From a virus (taxonomy: Duplodnaviria; Caudoviricetes): a stretch of 64,000 nt of DNA. The position numbers and the translations under genes were made by a program. How positions within the stretch are numbered: position 1 is the stretch's first letter; every line of letters starts with the position of its first letter. The stretch is from the IMG/VR virus record IMGVR_UViG_3300025084_002866, positions 2,308-66,307 of that record. One strand, written 5' to 3'. Below the pieces are notes generated by a model. The model did no database searches and was not told the origin of the DNA. It worked only from the letters and a program-made list of their open reading frames with translations. Positions 25,464 through 32,662 of the stretch are shown one piece after another.

Positions 25464-25787
25464 ATGGCAGGAATAATAAAAGCAAGTATCAATTTAAATG
25501 CAATTGATAAATCAAAGATAATCACAGGCAAGAAAGGTAAATACCTACCTATTACGATTACAGTAAACGATGAGCCAGACCAGTTTGGCAATCAAGGTCC
25601 TGTGTGTATAGAACAAACAAAAGAAGAAAGAGAAGCTAAAACAGCTAAGGTATATTTAGGTAATGTTAAAGTCTTATGGACTAACGGAACATTCCCTGAA
25701 AAAGTACCATACGATAGTAACTTAGCTGCTCAACCACAAAACAATAAACCACAAGCGGTAGCTGCTGATCCAGATCTACCATTTTAA
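25464..25787 (+). CDS. Single-stranded DNA-binding protein
   Basis: OB-type N-terminus with a flexible tail ending DPDLPF; located in the replication module. Confidence 0.7.
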   Translation: MAGIIKASINLNAIDKSKIITGKKGKYLPITITVNDEPDQFGNQGPVCIEQTKEEREAKTAKVYLGNVKVLWTNGTFPEKVPYDSNLAAQPQNNKPQAVAADPDLPF

Positions 25788-25800
25788 TTAAATCAAATAA

Positions 25801-27510
25801 ATGCAAGTCGAAGATAAAGAAATAAATGGATTCTTAATTGAGTCTTTTAATCAGCACGGCTTAGAAGTAGGAAAAACGCAGGGGATTTGTCCCCTGTGTT
25901 CGTCTTCTAGGAAACCTGAAAATAAGAAAGCTAAATGCTCTTCTTATGATTGGGAGCGTGGTATCGGTACTTGCCATAACTGTGACAAATCTTTCCAGTT
26001 ACATACATTCAAACGTAAAGGCAGAGCTGAGCGTGAGTATGTAATACCTGAAGTTAAACATAGGCCAGTTGAATCTAAAGTGGTTGATTGGTTTAAAACA
26101 AGGGGAATATCTAAACAAACCTTAGATGAGGTTGGTGTAGGTGAAGGTAAAGAGTTTATGCCACAGACCGGTAAACCCGAGAATACTATTCAGTTTAATT
26201 ATTATGTAGGTGGAAACCTAACTAATGTTAAATATAGAGATGGTCGTAAAAACTTTAAGCTATATAAAGGAGCTGAAAAAGTATTTTACAATATAGACAG
26301 TGTTGTTGGTCATGACACCTGTGTTATAGTTGAAGGCGAAATGGATGTACTTGCTATACACGAAGCTGGTTACACTCCAGTTGTGTCAGTGCCAAACGGT
26401 GCTACATTAAATACAAACAACCTAGATTATCTAGATAACTGTATTGATTACTTTGAAGATAAGAAAAAGATAATCATTGCAGTTGATGATGATCCACCTG
26501 GTTTAGCTTTACAAGCAGAGCTTATACGTAGGCTTGGTGCTGAGGTATGTTATATAACTACGTTTGATGATTGCAAAGATGCTAATGAGTACTTAACTAA
26601 GCACGGTACTAAGGAGCTAATGTCACGTATTGATACAGCACATCCTGTACCTCTTGAAAACGTTACAACATTTAGAGATATTGAAGATGAAGTTACAGAC
26701 TTTGTTCGTAATGGTTTTAAACGTGGTTTTCAAATTGGTTTACATAACTTTGATAACATCTTTTCTACATACACTAAGCAGTTTATAACTGTGACAGGTG
26801 TTCCTAGTTCAGGTAAGTCAGACTTTGTAGATCAAATGGTTGTAGGTTACAATAGAGAATATAGCTGGAAGACAGCGTTTGCATCTCCTGAAAATGCACC
26901 AACATATTTACATGCACATAAATTAATGCGTAAAGTATGGGGTGATATGCCTGATAAAGGTGATATTGGTGGTGATAAATGGAATCAAGTAGCTAATCAT
27001 GTTAATGATAACTTCTTCTTTATTGATATGGAACGTTATACATTAGAATCAGTATTACGTAAAGGCGCTGAGCTAGTTAAACGTAAAGGTATTAAATGCC
27101 TTGTTATTGATCCATATAATAAAGTTAGAGACACTGATTGCCAAACAGAGGATGTTAACCGTTACACAATGGAATATCTAACTAAGATCGAGACTTTTGC
27201 AAAGAAGTATGATGTGTTAGTATTTATTGTAGCTCACCCAACTAAGATGTACAAAGGGCAAGATGGTAAGATTGAAGAGCCTACGATGTATAATATAAAA
27301 GGTGGTGGTGAATGGTATGATGCTAGTTACCACGGTTTATTAGTACATAGAGACTACGATGCTAAGACTACTAAAGTTAAAGTATTAAAATGTAAGTTTC
27401 AAAACTTAGGCATTAATGGAGCTGAGGCTCACTTTACTTGGGAACCAAAGTCTGGCTGCTTCGTACCACACGAAATGCCTGAAATAGATGAGAAGATGCC
27501 ATGGGACTAA
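25801..27510 (+). CDS. Primase-helicase (T7 gp4/Twinkle-like)
   Basis: Zn finger (CPLC...CHNC), TOPRIM (VEGEMD...D.D...KDANE), DnaB-type helicase (GVPSSGKS, LVIDPY, VAHP). Confidence 0.93.
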   Translation: MQVEDKEINGFLIESFNQHGLEVGKTQGICPLCSSSRKPENKKAKCSSYDWERGIGTCHNCDKSFQLHTFKRKGRAEREYVIPEVKHRPVESKVVDWFKTRGISKQTLDEVGVGEGKEFMPQTGKPENTIQFNYYVGGNLTNVKYRDGRKNFKLYKGAEKVFYNIDSVVGHDTCVIVEGEMDVLAIHEAGYTPVVSVPNGATLNTNNLDYLDNCIDYFEDKKKIIIAVDDDPPGLALQAELIRRLGAEVCYITTFDDCKDANEYLTKHGTKELMSRIDTAHPVPLENVTTFRDIEDEVTDFVRNGFKRGFQIGLHNFDNIFSTYTKQFITVTGVPSSGKSDFVDQMVVGYNREYSWKTAFASPENAPTYLHAHKLMRKVWGDMPDKGDIGGDKWNQVANHVNDNFFFIDMERYTLESVLRKGAELVKRKGIKCLVIDPYNKVRDTDCQTEDVNRYTMEYLTKIETFAKKYDVLVFIVAHPTKMYKGQDGKIEEPTMYNIKGGGEWYDASYHGLLVHRDYDAKTTKVKVLKCKFQNLGINGAEAHFTWEPKSGCFVPHEMPEIDEKMPWD

Positions 27511-27662
27511 TGCCTAAACCAGTAGATTATAATATAAAGCATGTTATAACAGCTAATGGAATTGACTATGAAACATATGTAGAAGAAACTGTAGGAATAT
27601 ATAAAGCTATACTAGATAAATTTAATATAAAATATAAAGTATGGCAAAAACAGTTAAGCTAG
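27510..27662 (+). CDS. Hypothetical protein (50 aa)
   Basis: Read from sequence: MPKPVDYNIKHVITANGIDYETYVEETVGIYKAILDKFNIKYKVWQKQLS. Confidence 0.55.
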   Translation: MPKPVDYNIKHVITANGIDYETYVEETVGIYKAILDKFNIKYKVWQKQLS

Positions 27663-27889
27663 ATGAGTATAGGCAAACAAAAGAAGATAAAGAAGCCTAT
27701 TCTTGGTGTATAAAACACGGTGTTAAAATAGGTATGCTAGCAGCAGGACCTGGCTTTGACAACGCTGCTTGGAAAATACGTATTGTAGCTAATAATAAAG
27801 AAATGATTAGCCCAGGAGAATATAGAAAACATGAAATACTGCCTAAATTATTTGAAATGTATAGGCATTATTATAATAAACGTAAATGA
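27641..27889 (+). CDS. Hypothetical protein
   Basis: 82-aa ORF, overlap-coupled to the next gene. Confidence 0.6.
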   Translation: MAKTVKLDEYRQTKEDKEAYSWCIKHGVKIGMLAAGPGFDNAAWKIRIVANNKEMISPGEYRKHEILPKLFEMYRHYYNKRK

Positions 27890-28572
27890 TAGAAAATAAA
27901 TTTAAAAATGCAGATGAAGCTTTTAACTTCTATTATGGTGTAATACCATACGAAGGAGAAAGATTTGATAATACTATGACCATGTTTAACCAAGGTTTTA
28001 CTATTGAAAATCCTGCAGATCGCATGATAACTAATGAAGCTAGAAACTTCAACGTTGAATATGCAGAAGCTGAATGGCAATGGTACTTATCAGGTAATAG
28101 ATCAACAGCAAAGCTTGGTGAACTATATGGTAAGATACCTAAGATATGGCAGGATATGTCTGATGGTAATGGTAATGTTAATTCTAATTATGGTTACCAA
28201 TGGGAAAGAGGTTATCAGCTAGACAGAGTTGTAGCTATGTTAAAAGATAATCCTAAAACTAGAAGAGCTACCGTATCTATATATGATGGTAAAGAAATAT
28301 CTAAATATAAATATGATACACCATGCACATACGCTGTACAGTTTACAGTTGTTAATAATAAATTAAATATGTGCGTCACTATGCGATCTAATGATCTCTG
28401 GTTTGGTTTCTGTATTGATCAGTATTGTTTCAGTAAACTACAAGAACTAGTGTCAGAGAGAACAGGATATGCAATGGGTACTTATTACCACTTTGCACAT
28501 AATTTACACATCTATGATGATCAGCTACCTGAAAAAAATACATTAACAGAAAGGGCTAGAATATATGGATAA
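27886..28572 (+). CDS. Thymidylate-synthase-fold protein of the dCMP hydroxymethylase (T4 gp42-like) type
   Basis: NSNYG, NP.TRRA, DTPCT (catalytic Cys), MRSNDLWFGFCID with Asp at the ThyA Asn177-equivalent position, NLHIY. Confidence 0.75.
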   Translation: MIENKFKNADEAFNFYYGVIPYEGERFDNTMTMFNQGFTIENPADRMITNEARNFNVEYAEAEWQWYLSGNRSTAKLGELYGKIPKIWQDMSDGNGNVNSNYGYQWERGYQLDRVVAMLKDNPKTRRATVSIYDGKEISKYKYDTPCTYAVQFTVVNNKLNMCVTMRSNDLWFGFCIDQYCFSKLQELVSERTGYAMGTYYHFAHNLHIYDDQLPEKNTLTERARIYG

Positions 28573-29425
28573 AATAAATTATTATTTATACCACATACCG
28601 GGTAAAAAAATAGGTGTTACACGTGATCTTATATCCAGAGTTGTTGACCAACAGGGTTACAGCTTAGACGAAGTAGAAGTTCTAGAACAAAGTACAGATA
28701 TAAATTATATATCCGACCGCGAGTTAGAACTTCAACAGTCTTACGGCTATAGGGTTGATAGACAAAAATACAAAGATTTATATATAAATAAAATAAAACC
28801 AAAACCAATGAATATAAACGCAACCGAACAAACCTCAACATTTCCAGTACCAGTATCTAAACTAAAAGGAAGACTCATGGATGACATGGGCAAGTCATGG
28901 GTAACATCTCACGGTAAGTTTGAGATTAATATGGATACCATTAAATGGATAATGGAAAATGTAAAGACATCTATGTATACTACAGAAAGATGTTATGTAT
29001 ACAATAAAGCTTTTGCTAAGTACTTTAACACGCCTAAGTTTCCTTTTGGTGAAGATGCTTACCAAGCTTACTATGATACTTTAAATAAAAGAGCTACGCT
29101 AAATGGTTCTATGGAGTATATGAAGACTGACAACAGGTTCCAGCTTATAAGAGACTGGGCTGGTGAAAGAGGTCTTTATACTAAAGGCGATACTAAAACT
29201 CAGTTCTGTAAGCTAATGGAAGAATCTGGTGAACTAGGTAGAGCTATACTTAAAAATGATAATGAAGAGTTTGTAGATGCTATAGGTGATATGGTTGTAG
29301 TGCTTACAAATCTAGCTCATCTTGGTGGCACAACTATTGAAGACTGTATCGATGCTGCGTACAAGGTTATATCTAAAAGAACTGGTAAGATGGTTAACGG
29401 AACATTTGTTAAAGATGAAAAGTAA
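28565..29425 (+). CDS. Fusion: GIY-YIG-like N-terminus, middle domain, MazG-like NTP pyrophosphohydrolase
   Basis: YLYHIPGKKIGVTRDL.SR at the N-terminus; KLMEESGELGRAI...DAIGDMVVVL at the C-terminus. Confidence 0.75.
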   Translation: MDKINYYLYHIPGKKIGVTRDLISRVVDQQGYSLDEVEVLEQSTDINYISDRELELQQSYGYRVDRQKYKDLYINKIKPKPMNINATEQTSTFPVPVSKLKGRLMDDMGKSWVTSHGKFEINMDTIKWIMENVKTSMYTTERCYVYNKAFAKYFNTPKFPFGEDAYQAYYDTLNKRATLNGSMEYMKTDNRFQLIRDWAGERGLYTKGDTKTQFCKLMEESGELGRAILKNDNEEFVDAIGDMVVVLTNLAHLGGTTIEDCIDAAYKVISKRTGKMVNGTFVKDEK

Positions 29426-29774
29426 GACTATATTATTCAGAGATCCTGTTGTAGAAAGAGTCTGCGATAAGTTCGTTACGAGATCAGATGTTGGCTACGC
29501 TAAGTATGGCAGAACATTACACGATGAAAGAACTGGTAAGCATAAAGATCTTGGTGGCTATTTAAATGATATACAAGAAGAGCTTATGGATGCTATTCTT
29601 TATATTCAAGCTGCTAAAGAAGAGTTTGCTGATAAATTAGCTGATGAAGCTATAGCTGAGGCTAATAAAGCTAGTTTCAGACCACCGCATCCTAGTGATG
29701 CTGGTCAGATGGATCTTGAAAGAGCAATATCAACAGCACAGCTAGACTGGGATGACAAGATCGCGCCGGTTTAG
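29415..29774 (+). CDS. Second all-alpha NTP-pyrophosphatase-like protein
   Basis: G..KYG.TL...YLNDIQEELMDAILY (EE..D motif); probable start MKSKT at 29415. Confidence 0.55.
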   Translation: MKSKTILFRDPVVERVCDKFVTRSDVGYAKYGRTLHDERTGKHKDLGGYLNDIQEELMDAILYIQAAKEEFADKLADEAIAEANKASFRPPHPSDAGQMDLERAISTAQLDWDDKIAPV

Positions 29775-30207
29775 CCGCAAGAAAGGTCCGGTAAGATCTA
29801 AAAAAACTAAGCATGATGGAATACAATTTGCATCAGGGCTTGAGAAGCATATGTATATAGCTCTTAAAAAAGCTAAACTGAAGGCACAATATGAGGGACA
29901 AACTTACGAGCTTGTCCCTTCTTTTAACTTCGAACAAGAAGCTTATGAACGACAAGGTAATGGTAAAGGTGAATACCGTAATAGAGGAAATAAAAAAATA
30001 CTTAACATTAAGTATACTCCAGATTTTATCGGAAGTGACTTTATTATTGAATGTAAGGGACGTGCTAATGAATCTTTTCCCATACGCTGGAAGTTATTTA
30101 AAGCTTACGTACATAAACACTTACCGAACATTACATTATATAAACCTCAAAACCAAAAGGAATGCGAAGAAACCGTGAACTTAATTCTTTCGAAAAGAAA
30201 GACCTAG
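29752..30207 (+). CDS. T7 endonuclease I-like Holliday junction resolvase
   Basis: FASGLE...YE...YTPDF...IIECKG motifs. Confidence 0.8.
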   Translation: MTRSRRFSRKKGPVRSKKTKHDGIQFASGLEKHMYIALKKAKLKAQYEGQTYELVPSFNFEQEAYERQGNGKGEYRNRGNKKILNIKYTPDFIGSDFIIECKGRANESFPIRWKLFKAYVHKHLPNITLYKPQNQKECEETVNLILSKRKT

Positions 30208-30335
30208 CAAGAAGGAAGTATGCTGAACGACAACTTCAGAAGTTTATAGACTGGAGTATAGAACAAAAAGGATATTTAAAATATAAAGAACTAATAAAAT
30301 ATGAAAGAAAGTACTTTGCTAGAGATGCAAAATAA
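30162..30335 (+). CDS. Hypothetical protein (57 aa)
   Basis: Read from sequence: MRRNRELNSFEKKDLARRKYAERQLQKFIDW.... Confidence 0.45.
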   Translation: MRRNRELNSFEKKDLARRKYAERQLQKFIDWSIEQKGYLKYKELIKYERKYFARDAK

Positions 30336-30528
30336 AATTGCGGCATTAACAAGAGTTGTGCAACAAATGATAAATGAAATGAATATACTTAGTACTACTG
30401 CAATAGGTACTTTAGAAACTGTAAAATTAATACCAGGCTACGATAGAGCTATAGAGTTCTTAAAAAAAGAAGCTGAAAAAATAGAAAAAGAAAAACAAGA
30501 TGGAGTTAAGCAACAAGATACTAAGTGA
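30301..30528 (+). CDS. Coiled-coil hypothetical protein
   Basis: 75-aa ORF upstream of RNR. Confidence 0.6.
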   Translation: MKESTLLEMQNKIAALTRVVQQMINEMNILSTTAIGTLETVKLIPGYDRAIEFLKKEAEKIEKEKQDGVKQQDTK

Positions 30529-32362
30529 TATAACAGTGTACATGAAGTACGCTAAATTTGTACCTGAATTAAATCGTAGAGAAACCTGGGATGAATTAGT
30601 TACAAGAAATAAAAACATGCATATAAAAAAATACCCAAAATTAAAAGATGAGATTGAGGAAGCATACAAAAGTGTATATAGCAAAAAGATATTACCGTCT
30701 ATGCGATCACTTCAGTTCGGAGGAAAACCGATTGAAATTAGCCCTAACCGCGTGTATAATTGCGCTTATCTACCTATTGATCATATTGATAGCTTCCACG
30801 AAACTATGTTTCTCCTGCTTGGTGGAACTGGTGTAGGTTATTCAGTACAGAATCACCACGTTAAGAAAATGCCACCTGTTAATAAACCTTACAAGAAAAG
30901 AATAAGAAGGTTTTTAATTGGTGATAGTATTGAAGGTTGGGCTGATGCTATTAAGGTTCTTATGAAGTCTTATATGGGCGAAAAGAGATCATCTAGCATA
31001 CAGTTTGATTTTTCTGATATTAGACCAAAGGGAGCTCAATTAGTAACGTCTGGTGGTAAAGCTCCAGGACCACAACCTCTAAAAGAGTGTATACTAAAAA
31101 TTAAAGGTATACTTGATGCTAAAGATGATGGTACACCACTCACTACATTAGAAGCTCATGATGTTGTATGTCATATTGCCGATGCTGTTTTAGCTGGTGG
31201 TATTAGACGTGCTGCTTTAATTAGTTTGTTTTCTGCTGAAGACAGTGAAATGATTAGTGCTAAGTCTGGTAATTGGTGGGAAACTAATCCACAAAGAGGT
31301 AGAGCTAATAATTCAGCTGTATTAATGAGACATAAAGTAACTCAAGAGTTTTTTATGGATCTGTGGAAACGTGTAGAGCTATCAGGATCAGGTGAGCCTG
31401 GTATATATTTTAACAATGATAAAGACTGGGGAACAAACCCTTGTTGTGAAATAGCATTAAGACCTTTTCAGTTTTGTAACTTATGTGAGGTAAATGCTAG
31501 TGATCTTGAATCACAAGAAGATTTTAACGATAGAGTTAGAAAAGCAAGCTTTATAGGTACACTACAAGCTGGTTATACTGACTTTCATTATTTAAGAGAC
31601 GTATGGAGAGAAACGACAGAGAAGGACGCCCTTATCGGTGTATCAATGACGGGGATCGGGAGTGCCGCTGTGCTGCAGTTGGATATGACGGCCGCTGCAA
31701 ATATAGTAAAAAGAGAGAATACAAAGACGGCGAAAGCCATTGGTATTAATCCAGCTGCAAGATGTACAACCGTGAAGCCTGCTGGGACGACATCTCTGGC
31801 ATTAGGAACTTCATCTGGTATTCATGCATGGCATGCTAATTATTATACACGTAGGATCAGAGTTGGTAAAAACGAATCTATGTATAAGTATTTATCAGAA
31901 AATCATCCTGAGTTAGTTGAAGATGAATTTTTCAGACCTCATGATACTGCAGTAATTAGTATACCTCAAAAAGCACCTAAAGGTTCTATTATAAGAACTG
32001 AATCACCGTTTGATTTACTTGAACGTATAAAGAAAGTTGCTAATGAATGGGTTAAGCCTGGTCATAGAAAAGGATCTAACACTCATAATGTATCCGCAAC
32101 TGTAAGTCTTAAACAAGATGAATGGGATAAAGCAGGTGAATGGATGTGGAACAACAGAGAACATTACAATGGTTTATCTGTATTACCTTATGATGGTGGC
32201 ACTTATACTCAAGCACCTTTTGAAGATATAGGTAAAGTATATTATGATATGGCTATGAAACATTTAAAGGAAGTTGATCTCAGCAACATTGTAGAAGTTG
32301 AAGATGAAACGGATCTTTCAGGTGAATTAGCTTGTGCAGGAGGAGCATGTGAGATAACATGA
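30500..32362 (+). CDS. nrdJ: Class II (adenosylcobalamin-dependent) ribonucleotide reductase
   Basis: ILPSMRSL, VYNCA, GEPG...TNPCCEI, TTVKPAGT, C-terminal LACAGGACEI; no small subunit gene nearby. Confidence 0.92.
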   Translation: MELSNKILSDITVYMKYAKFVPELNRRETWDELVTRNKNMHIKKYPKLKDEIEEAYKSVYSKKILPSMRSLQFGGKPIEISPNRVYNCAYLPIDHIDSFHETMFLLLGGTGVGYSVQNHHVKKMPPVNKPYKKRIRRFLIGDSIEGWADAIKVLMKSYMGEKRSSSIQFDFSDIRPKGAQLVTSGGKAPGPQPLKECILKIKGILDAKDDGTPLTTLEAHDVVCHIADAVLAGGIRRAALISLFSAEDSEMISAKSGNWWETNPQRGRANNSAVLMRHKVTQEFFMDLWKRVELSGSGEPGIYFNNDKDWGTNPCCEIALRPFQFCNLCEVNASDLESQEDFNDRVRKASFIGTLQAGYTDFHYLRDVWRETTEKDALIGVSMTGIGSAAVLQLDMTAAANIVKRENTKTAKAIGINPAARCTTVKPAGTTSLALGTSSGIHAWHANYYTRRIRVGKNESMYKYLSENHPELVEDEFFRPHDTAVISIPQKAPKGSIIRTESPFDLLERIKKVANEWVKPGHRKGSNTHNVSATVSLKQDEWDKAGEWMWNNREHYNGLSVLPYDGGTYTQAPFEDIGKVYYDMAMKHLKEVDLSNIVEVEDETDLSGELACAGGACEIT

Positions 32363-32520
32363 AAAAGTTAACAATAATTGCCGGTCTTAGCATGATGACA
32401 GCTGGGACCGGTTATATGGTACATCACAAGAACGCGCCGAGATTTAATATGAATCCTAATACAATGGCAATAGCTACTGGAGGATTCTTTGTTGCGTTTG
32501 GTTTAAGTTATAGATTTTAA
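32359..32520 (+). CDS. Small exported/membrane peptide ending in a beta-signal-like GLSYRF (53 aa)
   Basis: Read from sequence: MKKLTIIAGLSMMTAGTGYMVHHKNAPRFNMNPNTMAIATGGFFVAFGLSYRF. Confidence 0.6.
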   Translation: MKKLTIIAGLSMMTAGTGYMVHHKNAPRFNMNPNTMAIATGGFFVAFGLSYRF

Positions 32521-32531
32521 AATGTAAAGTT

Positions 32532-32579
32532 ATGTGCGGACTATGTCTAGGCGGTACTTGCGAATACTGCAAGGATTAA
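32532..32579 (+). CDS. Possible Cys-rich micropeptide (15 aa)
   Basis: MCGLCLGGTCEYCKD; A-rich leader; ends just before the terminator. Confidence 0.45.
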   Translation: MCGLCLGGTCEYCKD

Positions 32580-32585
32580 AATAAT

Positions 32586-32618
32586 AAAAGGGGAGGTCAT
32601 TTACGACTTCCCCTTTTT
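32586..32618. terminator. Bidirectional intrinsic terminator between the convergent arms
   Basis: AAAAGGGGAGGTC-ATTTAC-GACTTCCCCTTTTT. Confidence 0.85.
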
Positions 32619-32662
32619 GGTTACAGGAACTTTGGGTATGGTGCCCAGTATTTTTATTGTCC

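Noticed and set aside
27886-28572. Canonical thyA annotation
   Set aside because: Asp at the Asn177-equivalent position and DxxCT rather than PPCH point to the dCMP-modifying branch, so no gene symbol was assigned.
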